From: Bryobacterales bacterium
Lineage (GTDB): Bacteria; Acidobacteriota; Terriglobia; Bryobacterales; Bryobacteraceae
Direction: 5' to 3'
Length of the DNA: 64,000 nucleotides
Assembly: GCA_963738525.1 (NCBI GenBank)
Contig: CAVTXC010000011.1
Span: 56,891-120,890, forward strand
How positions within the stretch are numbered: the first letter of the stretch is position 1; every line of letters begins with the position of its first letter. A model generated the notes under the pieces. It made no database searches, was not told where the DNA came from, and saw only the letters and a list, made by a program, of their open reading frames with translations. Position numbers and translations under genes: made by a program. Positions 32,012 to 43,727 of this stretch are shown piece by piece.

Positions 32012-32923
32012 TTAAGCGAGGCTCTGCAGGCTCGCCTCGATTAGATGTTTGGTGCCCTCGTAGGGATCGCCGTTTGAATCCCATTCCATCGAAAAGTAGC
32101 CTTTATATCCCGATTCGCGAGCGATTTTGAACGCATTCCCTACGTTGATTTTATATACGGCAGGGCCATCGGATTCGATTTCCTTTGCGTGGCTGATAGT
32201 GGATGCCAGCGGAAACAGGGCCCGCAGCGCTTGGTCATTGAACGCTTCCCCTTTTTTCGCGAGCATAGAGTTGCAGAAATCGGGCAACGCTCGCAGCCAA
32301 GGGCTGTTTACCTTTTGAAGAATGGAGACGATGAAAAAGGCATCTTCGGAATTTGGATCGTCATTTTCCAGATTGACGACGACGTTTTTCTGCTTGCCGT
32401 ATTCGCTTACGGCCTTCAGGCTCTGGGAAGCGAGCGCCACGTCAGGCGCTGCGCCCTTCACACCTTGTATGTGAACGCGGATGCTCGGACAATTTAGTGC
32501 GGCCGCAACATCCACCCACTTCACGGCGTTGGCGATCACCACTCGACGTTTGTTCTCGTCCGGATCAGCGAAGCTGCCGTGAAGCACCCCGACCGGGATA
32601 TTGACTACATGTGCTCCCGCTTTCGATAGAGCTTGGTTGAACTCGGCGAGGTACGCCTGTTCGGTTGACAGGAAGTGCTCGTCAGCGGCTTCGATTCCGC
32701 GGACGTTAAAGCGCGCAACAACCATTTGTGGAAAATCGAGAAGCTTCAGAGTGCCGCGCCGCGGGTCATAGTCCTTACGAAACGGGTAGGACGCGACCGC
32801 TAAGCGCGCGCGAGGCTCGTGCGGGAAAGATAAACGGGGCCCTTCCGCAGCTGCGTTTGCGAGCCGCGCGGAACAGAGCCCCGAACCAACGGCCAGGGAA
32901 CCAAGAAACGTTCGCCGGTTCAC
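32012..32923 (-). CDS. Tat-exported sugar phosphate isomerase/epimerase (AP-endonuclease-2 TIM barrel)
   Basis: MNRRTFLG Tat motif; NLENDD, LPDFCN, HAKE, YFSMEWD metal ligands. Confidence 0.82.
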   Translation of the reverse strand: MNRRTFLGSLAVGSGLCSARLANAAAEGPRLSFPHEPRARLAVASYPFRKDYDPRRGTLKLLDFPQMVVARFNVRGIEAADEHFLSTEQAYLAEFNQALSKAGAHVVNIPVGVLHGSFADPDENKRRVVIANAVKWVDVAAALNCPSIRVHIQGVKGAAPDVALASQSLKAVSEYGKQKNVVVNLENDDPNSEDAFFIVSILQKVNSPWLRALPDFCNSMLAKKGEAFNDQALRALFPLASTISHAKEIESDGPAVYKINVGNAFKIARESGYKGYFSMEWDSNGDPYEGTKHLIEASLQSLA

Positions 32924-33469
32924 TTGGATTCCGAGATTTTGCCGAGCGCTGGGCCGGAGGGAAGATAGCCGGCATACTCGCCGCGTTGAAACACGTTGCC
33001 CTTGTAATCGAGGTCATCGTGAATCCCGATCTTGCTGGTGTAATAGGCGTGGATCGTAGCACTCTTGAGCATCCCGAAAAAAGAGTTCTTCAGGAGCTTT
33101 AGGATTCTTCTCATTAACCGCCATACGCAGAACGACTGCCTCACGCTGCTTGGGAGTGGATTGGAGGAAGTTGGCTTGATTCAATTCCTGAGAGACGCGG
33201 TTGACAACGGCGAGGCCCGCACGCATCTTGGTACGCTCCTCGTCTTCGAATGCTTCAGCGAGCATGGCGTCAAGGTATTCGGCAACTTTGGCGGCTTTGG
33301 CGCCACCGCTGTTCGAATCTGCCGGAATTAGGATTTCGGTAAGTTCATCGACCATTGCGAATTCATCGGCGGTGAAGAACTTGTGCTGTTGCGCTATCGC
33401 AAAGCGGGCGGCGATGACAGTCCCGGCGGTGAATTTGAGTAGTTCGCGGCGCTTTAAATCATCGAGCAT
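32920..33469 (-). CDS. Gluconate 2-dehydrogenase subunit 3 family protein (Tat), frameshifted near 33075
   Basis: KRRELLKF; LTEILIPAD..GGAKAAKVAEYLD; TIHAYYTSKIGI. Confidence 0.82.
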
Positions 33470-35216
33470 CAGACTTCTCCTTTGCGCATTTGTTCCGCTA
33501 GATGGTCGCAAGATCGCCAGCATAGGGCCATGATGGTCCACGTCGGGTTTTGGTTTGCTGCGCTTACGTGAGTGCTGCCATCGACAACCAGCAGATTCTT
33601 CACATCATGGGATTGCTGGAACTGATTAACAACCGACTTTTTAGGATCGTTTCCCATCCGAGCCGTACCCATTTCGTGAATGGACCAACCTTCGGTCAGG
33701 ACTTGATCTTCGACGTTGATGATTTCGATTCCGGCATCTTCGAACATCTGCTTCGCCTGTTCGGCCATGTCCTTGGCCATCTTGTGTTCGTTGTCTCCAA
33801 ACTTGTAATTGAAACGGAGAACGGGGATGCCCCAGCGGTCTTTCTGGTCGGGATCGATGTCGACGTAGTTCTCGTAACGCGCCAGCACTTCGCCGAAACC
33901 ACCCATGGAGATGAACGCGCCTGCATAATCCCGAACCGCTTTCTTGTAGGCAGGGCCAAAGCCTCGGTGAAGCGGCGCTGCCGGGGAACATGCTCATGCC
34001 GCTCTCGCCCTTCAAAGCCGTAGCCGCGCATGAAGTTCGGATTCTTCTCGGTCAGGTTGCGAAAACGGGCCAGATAGAAGCCTCCGGGACGTCCATCATC
34101 GAGCGTATGCGGTTTCCCGATCTGATCTTTGATCAGGCCGGTGACTCCGGCCCCATCACGTGTTCACAGAAGTTGTGCCCCACGTGCGTGCTGGAATTAC
34201 CGATGCCGTTCGGATAGAGCGAAGACTTGGAAAGCAGCATCAAACGGGCCGTTTCGAGCGTGGACGCTCCGAGAAGCACAGCCTTCGCCTTTGGCCTGAT
34301 AGGTCTTTCCGGTTTCGGTATCGATGAAGGATACGCCGCTGGCTTTGCCAGTATTCTTGTCTACCGTTACTTCGTACACGGTGGAGTTGGTCCGGACCTG
34401 AGATTTCCGGTGTCCATAGCCGGGTAAATCAGGCCCGTGGGGGAATCGAAGGCGGCGTGGATATCACAACCCCCGGTACGTCGGCCGCAGGCGCCACGGC
34501 CATAGCACTTGCTTCGGTATTTGTTGTGCTTCAGACCCTCGCTCGTTACACCTGCACGATAGGGCGTGACAACGCGGCCCTGCTTCGCCATCTGCCTCCC
34601 GAAACATCATCTCCCCTTTGTTGAGATGATGGGAGCGCTGAAACTTGCTATCTGGAAGATACGGAAGATTCTCTTTAAATCCGGAGATGCCGAGGTAAAG
34701 ATCGACCTTGTCGTAGTAAGGTTCGATGTCGGCGTAGGAGATGGGCCAATCTTCACCGAACCCGTCGCGCGAAGCCGCTTTGAAGTCGTAGTCGGAAAGA
34801 CGTAGCGCCAGCCGGCCCCAAATGTTGGTTTTCCCGCCCAACAGGCGGGCACGCACCCAAGCGTAATTGGTGCCGGTTGTAGGGTGGTCCTTTTCGTCCA
34901 CCACAATATTTTTCGAATAGTCCGAGCCGCCCCAACCTTGGACGTAGGAGAAGACGTGGTTGTAGCGCATGCCTTTCGCGTAGGGACGCGGCCGGATGGT
35001 GTATTCGTTGCGGGTAATAGCATGATCGTCGGGCGGCATGTCGCCACGCCGCGGATGCTCGTAGGGCCATTCCATCGATTTCAATTCTTGCTCTATGGGC
35101 AGTTTCTTGCCAGCCTCGAGCAACAGGACCTGCATTCCGTGCGTGGTGAGGACGTGCGCCGCCATTCCGCCTGCCGCGCCGGAACCCACGACAACCGCGT
35201 CATATGTTTTGCTCAA
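33469..35216 (-). CDS. GMC family oxidoreductase (FAD), frameshifted
   Basis: YDAVVVGSGAAGG, LGGKTNIWGR, WPISYADIEPYYDKV, IHEMGTARMG, NQNPTWTIMAL. Confidence 0.9.
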
Positions 35217-35295
35217 ATCGGCGGTAGGCTGGGGCGACTGACTGTTTGACTGATTTGAAACAACGGGCGGACCACTCCTTCTTCAACATCGATCA

Positions 35296-36982
35296 CTACT
35301 TTGAAACCGTTGACGGCGAACTGTTCAAGCAGGTGCTCAGAGGCGCGTAGTGAGAACGCCAGGATCGAGATGGTGGTCGTCTTGTCGGTGCAGTTGGGGA
35401 AGACACTGGCGTCGCAGACGAATACAGATTCGGGACGTCGTGAGTCTGGCCGAAGCGATTGGTGACGAACTTCTTCGGATCGTTCCCCATGCGGCAGCGT
35501 GCCGGTTTCGTGCAGGCTCCATGCCCGGCATCTCGGTTCGCCGGCGTGGCCCAGATACTCGCCGCCGGCGGCGTGAATGAGCTGCTCACTGGACTGCTTG
35601 GCCGTGTTCCCACATCTGCAGCGTGTTCTCATCCCATTGAAAGTGGAGCGCGGGCGGCGGGAATTCCGTAAGCGTCTTTCACGACGGGATCGATGTCGAC
35701 GAAGTTCAGGTCGGACTGCGTTGTGACGGGGCCTGAACGGTAGAAGCTCACGGGAGTGGGATACCGGCGCTTGATCTCGCGTTTGAATGCGAGCCGAAGC
35801 CTTCGAGTCATTGGCGTAGGAAGGGAATTGACTACAGCCGCCGTCGGGATAAACCGAGTAGCCGCGGATGAACTTCTCCTCGCGCGGGTTATCCAGATTC
35901 TGCCAGCGCGGCATCCACGCAATGGTGCTGGCCGAAACGTTGTCCGGGAAGCTCGGCTGTCCGAGCAGTTGCGGAAGATAGCCCGCGGCAGAGGTGCCGT
36001 ACAGATGATCGCAGAGGTTGCGGCCGAGCCTGTCCGCTGCGAATTAGCCGATGCCATCCGGCCAGTGCCGCGATTTCGAATTCAGTAGAATCTTGGCCGA
36101 TTCAATGCAGGAGGCTGCAACGACCACGGCGCGTCGCGTAGACTTCCACCTCCTGTTTGGTGGTGCGATCGATGTAGGCGACGCCTTTCGCCCGCCCGTT
36201 CTTCATCCAAAAGCATATTCTTGGCGATGGCATTGGTGCGGAGCTCGAGATTGCCGCTTTTCTCGGCTGCTGGCAGGAAGAAACCAGGGAGTCGAGAAGA
36301 AGGACCCGGTGTCGCAGCCCTCAGTGCAGTTGCGCGCAATAGTGGCACGCGGGATGCCCGTCGTGGGTGCGCGTTAACTGCGCGATGCGGTCGGGCAAGT
36401 AGGGGATGCCGACCTTGTGCGCGCCGCTCTGCAAGAATGTGGTCCATGCAGCGGAAGTTCATGGGCGGCAGATATTCGCCGTCTGGATTGCTGGGCCGGT
36501 TCTGACGCGTGCTGGCCACGCCGATCATGCGCTCGACGCGCGTATAGTAACGGCGCAATCTCGTCGTAAGTGATGGGCCAATCGACGTCATAGCCGTCGC
36601 GGGTGGCGGCCTGAAAATCGATTGTCGCGAAGCGCGCCGACGAGCGTCCCCAGAAGTTGGTTTTACCACCGACCGCGAAGCAGCGGCGCCAAGTCCATTC
36701 AGTTCCGGGCGCGGTGGTGTAGGCGATCGCATGCTCCCAAATTCCTTCCGTGTACTCGTTGTCCATGTAGCCGATCGACTGTCGCGTGTCTTCGGATCCC
36801 CGAAGCCGCGGAACTTCATATCCCAAGGCTGGCGGTGATTGCGGAAGTCTTTCCTGGGATCGAGGCGGCGGCTCGCCATTCAGCGCGCAGACCTTTGCTC
36901 CGGCGTCACAAAGAGTCTTGATCGCCATGCCGCCGCCAGCGCCGGTTCCAATCACAATTACGTCGTAGATCGTTTGAGACAT
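35296..36982 (-). CDS. Second GMC family oxidoreductase (FAD), frameshifted
   Basis: [57 protein letters not shown]. Confidence 0.88.
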
Positions 36983-36989
36983 CGCTTCC

Positions 36990-37594
36990 TCAAGCCTCCG
37001 GATGGGCGTTTACGTGGGCGGGATCGTCGTGGTGCGTGCAACCCGGCGAGGATGAATAGCTTCGGAACCCCGGGTAATCCAACTGCTCAAGTCCGATGCG
37101 GGTTGTGTAGTAGCCCATCAGCGTATATTCCCGAAGCTTCGCGAAGAACTTTTGACCCTCGTCATTGTCGGAAGTGTGGTGTCGGCGATAGGCGAGTGTT
37201 TCCAAAATCTGGGTTTGTTCCGCAGGCGTAATGGAAAGGAAGTCATTTCCGTGTTGGTCGCGAGTGTGTTGGTTCAACCAGTGCACGCCCTCGCGGAATG
37301 ACGGTTGAAGCGAAAGGTCATCCAAACCATGAAGTCGATAAACTCCGCCACGCCAGCTTCTTTGGCGCCGGGAGTGTCATCAGTAGGGATGATCATCTCC
37401 GTAAGCCGCTCGATTAAGCGATAGTCGTCAGCCGAAAAAAACTGAGGATCGTAGTAAGACGGCTTGAGATTGGTAGTTGCGTGAACGTGTTCCTGGGCAT
37501 AGGCCCAACGCGAGAATCCCGGGAATTCGCTGGCTCCTGCTGCAATGGCGAGAAGTTTCAATACTGCTCTACGATCGGGACCTTGCCCTGCCAT
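36990..37594 (-). CDS. Second gluconate 2-dehydrogenase subunit 3 family protein (Tat), frameshifted near 37325
   Basis: DRRAVLK; LTEMIIPTDDTPGAKEAGVAEFIDFM; FFAKLREYTLMGYYTTRIG. Confidence 0.82.
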
Positions 37595-37630
37595 GGTTGT
37601 CTCCTGGATGTTGTGAGGACATCGTATCGT

Positions 37631-38482
37631 TTATGGAACCTCGAGCAGAGGGCAGGCCGCGCCAATGAGGGAAGCCTCCGCCCCGAGTCGCGCCGCGACG
37701 ACGGTTGCGGCTTCGCGAACGGCGAGCGCGGCAGAACGTTCGAAACCGGAAATGGCGGCTTTGATATAAAGAGTCGATGCCTGGCAAACGCCCCCGCCGA
37801 GAGCGATGCGGTCCGGGAAAAATATGGCTGCGAGCGATGCGATCAGGGTTCCCAGATGATGCCCCGCTTCGATGAAAAAAGCATCGGGAACATTGGAGAG
37901 CGCGCTGGCGCCGGATTGGCGAAGGATAGCGGGCGCGGAAGCAACGGCTTCGGCACAGCCAATCCCACCGCATGAGCAGAGCCGGCCGCCGGGTTCGACG
38001 ATAATGTGACCGGCATCCCCCAAACACTCATGGGTGGGACGCAACAGCTGACCTCCGACAATCATCCCGACCCCAATTCCCGTTCCGATCGTGAGGAAAA
38101 GAAACCGGTTGTTTCCAGCGCCTTGTCCGAAGAGATGCTCGCCGAGCGTAGCGGCGTTTGAATCCACCTCGACGCGAACGGGTACGTGGAACGCTTCGGA
38201 CAGTTCATCCAGGAGCGGAACGTTTTCGAGCCAGGGGATGTTCGGGTTGTAGGTCATCCGGGAGTGAGCGGCATCGATGAAGCCCGCGACCGAGACCCCG
38301 ATTCCAGCAGTATCTGGTTGGAACGCGACTAACTCGCGCAGGTGGCTGCGGAGGCTTTCAAGAAACTGGACAGCAGGCGGTCGTGTTTCGAAGCGCCGGA
38401 AGGCAAACACTTCGCCAGCGTTGTTGATCAGCCCTAGCTTTGTGGACGTGCCGCCGATATCTACAGCAGCGATCCAGTTCAT
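37631..38482 (-). CDS. ROK family sugar kinase
   Basis: AVDIGGTSTK, EVDSNAATLGE, LTIGTGIGVG, GHIIVEPGGRLCSCGGIGCAE; no N-terminal HTH. Confidence 0.9.
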   Translation of the reverse strand: MNWIAAVDIGGTSTKLGLINNAGEVFAFRRFETRPPAVQFLESLRSHLRELVAFQPDTAGIGVSVAGFIDAAHSRMTYNPNIPWLENVPLLDELSEAFHVPVRVEVDSNAATLGEHLFGQGAGNNRFLFLTIGTGIGVGMIVGGQLLRPTHECLGDAGHIIVEPGGRLCSCGGIGCAEAVASAPAILRQSGASALSNVPDAFFIEAGHHLGTLIASLAAIFFPDRIALGGGVCQASTLYIKAAISGFERSAALAVREAATVVAARLGAEASLIGAACPLLEVP

Positions 38483-39494
38483 AGATTGGTGTCGCCGGAG
38501 GCGGGGTTCTCGAAACCGGCTTCGTCGACCGTGACCATGGGCGCGAACTGAAATGACGCGGGAGGGACGCCGCGCTGTTCGGCTAGGCGGGCTGCCGCAA
38601 TCTGCACGGGAATGATTTCGAGGACCGCGGCCCAGGGGCCACTCACTTCGGGAATCGAGATCGATCGAGCTTGAGCGCCGGCATTCCGGAGGTCGCTCGC
38701 GAGCATCTCGTCCAACTTCCGTGTTTCGGGCTGCGATGCAAAAACGAATGCGCGGAGCGAAGCGTTGGTGGCTTCCACAGGGCCGTGACGAAATTGAGCG
38801 CATGACATGCCGACGGCGGACGCGCGAGCCGTCTCGTGGAACAACAATGCCCCTTCGTGTACCGAACCGAGCGAAGGCCCGCGGCCCAGCAGATAGACTC
38901 GAGTATCTGCCGGCCACGGATCGCCTGTTTGCCCTAACTCCTCATCGATGGTCCGCTTCATCAAATCGGGGAGGCGGCTGCTGCCCGTCGCCGGCAGTCC
39001 GGCCGCTTCGGCGCTCAAAAAAAGAAGGGTTGCAACAGTCGCCGTGTAAGTCCGGAGAGCGATCAGCCGGTCCGCATCGCTCGCAATCCGGATTGCGATA
39101 TCGGCCTCCTTCGCTAGGGTGCTTGCAGGTTCGTTGGTGATTCCGATAATCCGCACCCCGCGAGACCGCAGGATCGGGAGCAGTTTCACAACCTCCACGG
39201 ACTCTCCCGAACGAGAGACCAAGACGGCGAGTGTATCCCGGCCAAACCCGCGATCGTAGTAAAGCAGTTCCGATGCGTCGATCGCCGACGTGCATCGCCC
39301 TTGGGCGTTCAGGGCCGACGACGCGGGAATACTTGCAAACAGCGAACTGCCCATGCCTGCGAAGATGACGCGGCGCGCATGGCGGATTTCGGCTGCGCCG
39401 CGCGCTAGATCCTGCCGACCCGGCCCGGTATGGTAAGCGACGACCTCGGAGAGAATCGGGCTGGCCGAGGATGTCCTGGAGAACTGCGGTTCAT
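38479..39494 (-). CDS. SIS-domain sugar isomerase/deglycase (GlmS/FrlB-like), frameshifted at 5' end
   Basis: GMGSSLFA, VSRSGESVE, LLGRGPS, QFRHGPVE. Confidence 0.82.
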
Positions 39495-40583
39495 CAGCGC
39501 TTCGGGTTCAGCCAGAGATCGATCGGGAGCTTCGACGCCGGCCGGCGGCTCCCAAGGGAACTCGATTTTGCGGCCCTGCCCGGCGGACGCATAAGCCGCA
39601 TACAGCGACTTCCAGCACCACGCGCCCGTCTTCGCCGGTGGCCTGCAGGCTTCTCCTTGCCGCGAACGGCGCGCGCGAAGTTGCGCATCTCCTGCGGGGA
39701 TCCGTAATTCCAGTGCTCTTCGAACACGGGCCAGGTCCAGCCATCGGTTTTGGGCGCCTTCTCCACCGCGTATTGGAAGCCGTATTCGCTGTAGGTCGGC
39801 ATGGCGTTGCCCATGTGGAGATTGGCGTAGCTGACGCCGCCTTCGCCATAGACTTCGATCTTGTCGTCCATGCCGCCGCGCTTGGCCCAACTGTCTTCGA
39901 CAATGCCGACGGCGTCGTTCGCGAACTCGATGATGCAAGTCACATCGTCTTCGCCTTTGGTCTTCGCGCCGTGGACGTAGGTGCCCATCTGCGCGTAGAC
40001 GCTCTTGATCGCGGGTCGGCCCAGGAACCAGTAACAGAAGGCGATTCCGTGGCAGCCGAGATCCATCAACGCGCCGCCGCCCGACTTCTCGACATCCCAG
40101 AACCAGTCGCTATGCGGACCGAAATGCTTCTCGCTCTGCTTGACCAGATAGACTTTGCCGAACGCGCCCTGGTCGGCCATTTCTTTGACCTTGACGTATT
40201 TCGGGGTGTAGAACAGCTCTTCGGCATACATCAGCAGGACGCCGTGTTTCTTGCAGCCGTCGATCATCTCGATCGGCTTCTTCGAGCGTCATGCAGAGCG
40301 GCTTCTCGCAGACCACATGCTTGCCGGCGGCCGCGATATCGAGCGTCATCTGGCAATGCAGATAGTTGGGCGCCGTGATGGTGACCATCTCGATATCGGG
40401 CTCTTTCAACATCTCGCGATAGTCGGTGAAGACTCGCGGGATCCCGTAGCGTTCCGCGAGTTTCGCGGCGTTACCCGGCGTCGGCGAAGCGACCGCGACA
40501 ACTTCCGCTTCTTCCGGCATGATCTGAAAGGAAGCGGCGTGAATATCCGCCTCAAATTGCGATCCGATGATTCCGACCTTCAC
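39494..40583 (-). CDS. Gfo/Idh/MocA oxidoreductase, frameshifted
   Basis: KVGIIGS, HVVCEKPL, GGGALMDLGCHG. Confidence 0.88.
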
Positions 40584-40635
40584 TTTTCCCGTGTTGTGGC
40601 ATGAAGTAAAAACGATAACAGAATGATCCGATCGA

Positions 40636-41582
40636 TTAGGGAGCCAGCCAAGTGGAATTCCTGCGCCGATCTCGCGGAGGCAGATCGCGGTCGCGGCATC
40701 CGCTCCGGCGGCTGTGCAACAGGCGCTCGATCGGCTCGTGCAGCGGTTCGCGCTTAAGACGAAAGGTCTGGTGATGAACCGGCAGAATGAACTCCGCGCC
40801 GGCGTGGTTGGCCATGGTCAGAGCGCCTGTTCGGGATTACAGTGGACGGCTGATCCAGGGGTTGTATGCGCCCAATCGGCATGATCGCCAGATCGACTGG
40901 CCCGGCGTTTCGAACCGCACGCGAAAGAATCGGTATAAGCAGTGTCGCCGCCGAAGAGCACGCGGTGATGTTCCGTCTCGATAAGGTAGCCGTTATACCC
41001 CCGGTAAGTATCGTTCCGCATGCGCGCGCCCCAATGTTTTACCGGGAAGGCGCTGAATCGTCGCGGGGCCAATATGCGTCGCGCTCGTCCCATTTGAGTT
41101 CATGCACATCTTCGTAGCGACTGGACGCGCAGGAGATCGCTCGTATTCGCGGCGGTGACGACCGAAGTGGCCGGCGGCTCTCCAGCCGTCGCAGGCTGGG
41201 AAGATCGAAGTGATCCATATGCGCGTGGGATAGCAGGATGAGATCCGGCCGCGGAAATTCCTTCGAGCGGTGCCGCGGGTTCCACCAGCCGTTTCAAGCC
41301 GAGAGTGATCGGGCCGACATTGAAGCCAACGCGGGCACTGAAAACCGGGTCGGTCAGAATCGTGAAGCCGTCCATCGAAAGCACGACAGAGCTGTGGCCG
41401 ATCCACGCGGCGTGTAAACCGGCACCGCGCCAGGCGGCAAAATCGGGGTGGCGCGGCGCAGGCGCGATCGAGCGTTTCAGATCTTCAGAGAGGCGACCCC
41501 AAAACTGAGGGGCCATGCGGGCAGCCGCTCCGGCCAGCCCGGCCAAACCTAATCCACTGCCAACCAGAGTTCTCCTCAACAC
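40636..41582 (-). CDS. MBL-fold metallo-hydrolase (RomA/NAPE-PLD-like), frameshifted; ends approximate
   Basis: WIGHSSV, ILTDPVFS, SHAHMDHFD, KHWGAR, FGGDTAY, HCNPEQA, PVHHQTF. Confidence 0.78.
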
Positions 41583-41643
41583 ATCACTTAGATGCACAGC
41601 GGTGGCCGTTGGACGCTCGCGCGCAGGCGATAAACTCAGCTCG

Positions 41644-42759
41644 ATGCCACTACGCCTAATTTCGCTCGCCGTGTTTGCGCTGCTCACCGCCTCCGGGGCG
41701 GACACACCGGGATCCGCCGATGCTCCGTTACGCGTGGGCATCGCCGGGCTCGTGCACGGTCATGTGGATGGATTTTTTCACGGTGTCAAGAATCGAAAAG
41801 ACGTCCAGATCGTCGGCATCTTCGAGCCGGATCGCGCGCTTCAACAGAAGTACGCGCAGCGATTCGGATTTGATCCCGGTATCTTCTTTACCGACTTGGG
41901 AACCATGCTGGATAGGACTCATCCAGAGGCGATCGCCGCCTTCACCAACACCTTTGACCACCCGTTGGTCGTGAAAGCCGGCGCTCAGCGTCACATTCCG
42001 GTGATGATGGAAAAACCGCTCGCCGTTAGCATGCAGCACGCGCGCGAGATTCAGAAGGCCGCCGCGGACAGCGGGATTGCGGTGATTGTGAACTACGAGA
42101 CCACGTGGTATCGCAGCCACGGCGAGATGTGGCGTTTGCTGAAAGAGCAGAACGCTGCCGGAGCCATTCGGAAGATGGTGGCAATGGACGGGCATCCCGG
42201 TCCGAAGGAGATCGGAGTTGGCCCCGAGTTCCTGGGCTGGCTTACGGATCCGGCCAAGAACGGAGCGGGCGCGCTATTCGATTTCGGCTGCTATGGCGCC
42301 AACCTGATGACTTGGCTCATGGACAACCAGCGGCCGGTTTCCGTGACGGCAGTCACCCAGACGTTCAAGCCGCAGATTTACGCGCGTGTTGACGACGAGG
42401 CGAATGTGCTGGTCGAGTACCCAACCGCAATCGGACTCGTCCAAGGCTCATGGAACTGGCCGGTCAGTCGTAAGGACTTCGAAGTTTACGGAGAGACGGG
42501 TTACGTGTATGCGATCGGCGGCAATACTCTGCGAACACGATTCAAGGAAGGGGAACAGGAGGAGATTACGACTCCGGCAGCCCTGCCCGCAGACCAGACT
42601 GATTCCATTTCGTACCTGAAAAGTGTTGTGCGCGGAGGGCGCCAGCCGTCGGGTCTTTCCTCGCTCGAGAACAACATGGTGGTTTCGGAAATTTTGCAAG
42701 CGGCGCGCGAGTCGGCGCGCTCCGGCCGAAAAGTGACCTTGCAAGAAGTGCACCCCTGA
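41644..42759 (+). CDS. Exported Gfo/Idh/MocA oxidoreductase
   Basis: Signal peptide; VGIAGLVHGH, VMMEKPLA, GAGALFDFGCYG. Confidence 0.88.
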   Translation: MPLRLISLAVFALLTASGADTPGSADAPLRVGIAGLVHGHVDGFFHGVKNRKDVQIVGIFEPDRALQQKYAQRFGFDPGIFFTDLGTMLDRTHPEAIAAFTNTFDHPLVVKAGAQRHIPVMMEKPLAVSMQHAREIQKAAADSGIAVIVNYETTWYRSHGEMWRLLKEQNAAGAIRKMVAMDGHPGPKEIGVGPEFLGWLTDPAKNGAGALFDFGCYGANLMTWLMDNQRPVSVTAVTQTFKPQIYARVDDEANVLVEYPTAIGLVQGSWNWPVSRKDFEVYGETGYVYAIGGNTLRTRFKEGEQEEITTPAALPADQTDSISYLKSVVRGGRQPSGLSSLENNMVVSEILQAARESARSGRKVTLQEVHP

Positions 42760-42770
42760 CGGTTAAACCA

Positions 42771-43727
42771 ATGACGCTTTTGTACGCTGACACGATCTCA
42801 CGGCTGCACGAGACGGGCCCAGGGCATCCGGAAAGTCCGGCGCGCTTCGATGCCGCTCTTCGGGGATTGGCACAGTGGCCGTTGACATCGTTCACTCGTC
42901 GGGAGGCGAGTTGGGAAGAAATCGCGCTGGCCCATGATCCCGATTACCTTCGCATCGTGCAAAGGGATGTGCAGGCGGGACTTTCGCAGCTCAGCACCGG
43001 CGACACAGCTATCGCAAAGCTCTCGTTTCAAGTTGCGGCCCGTGCTGCCGGTACGGTGCTGACCGCGGTGGATGAGGTTTTCGAAGCCGCTGGACGCAAT
43101 GCGTTTTGTGTTGTGCGTCCTCCCGGACACCACGCCTCTGAAAAGCGCGGGATGGGCTTCTGTATATTCAACAACGTGGCGATCGGAGCTCGCTACGCTC
43201 AGCGAAAGTTTGGGATTTCCCGTGTTCTGATCGCCGACTGGGATGTGCACCATGGAAACGGGACACAGGACATTTTCTACGAGGACCCCTCGGTGTTTTT
43301 CTTCAGCACGCACCAGTCGCCCTGGTACCCCGGCACCGGAGAAGCGTCCGAGAGAGGTGCCGGCCCTGGACGCGGGAGCACTTTGAATTGTCCTTTTCTG
43401 GCCGGGTCGGGACGAGACGAGATTGTGGGCGCGTTCCAGACCAAGCTTGTTCCCGCGATGGAGGAGTTCCGTCCGGAACTCGTGATCATCTCCGCTGGTT
43501 TCGATTCGCGAATCGGGGATCCACTCGGGAAGTTTCGCCTCGCGGATGCCGATTTTGCGGATCTAACGAGTATATTAATGGGAATCGCCGATCGACATGC
43601 CGAAGGCCGGATCGTGTCAGTTTTAGAAGGCGGCTATAGCTTGAGCGGCCTAGCGGCTGCTGTTTCCGCCCACGTTTCGGCGCTTCAACGAGATTCGCGA
43701 CAGCGGAATATAATTGCCGGATGCTAA
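42771..43727 (+). CDS. Histone deacetylase family (Zn-dependent) amidohydrolase
   Basis: HPESPAR, RPPGHHA, MGFCIFNNVA, DWDVHHGNGTQ, SAGFD, LEGGY. Confidence 0.93.
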   Translation: MTLLYADTISRLHETGPGHPESPARFDAALRGLAQWPLTSFTRREASWEEIALAHDPDYLRIVQRDVQAGLSQLSTGDTAIAKLSFQVAARAAGTVLTAVDEVFEAAGRNAFCVVRPPGHHASEKRGMGFCIFNNVAIGARYAQRKFGISRVLIADWDVHHGNGTQDIFYEDPSVFFFSTHQSPWYPGTGEASERGAGPGRGSTLNCPFLAGSGRDEIVGAFQTKLVPAMEEFRPELVIISAGFDSRIGDPLGKFRLADADFADLTSILMGIADRHAEGRIVSVLEGGYSLSGLAAAVSAHVSALQRDSRQRNIIAGC

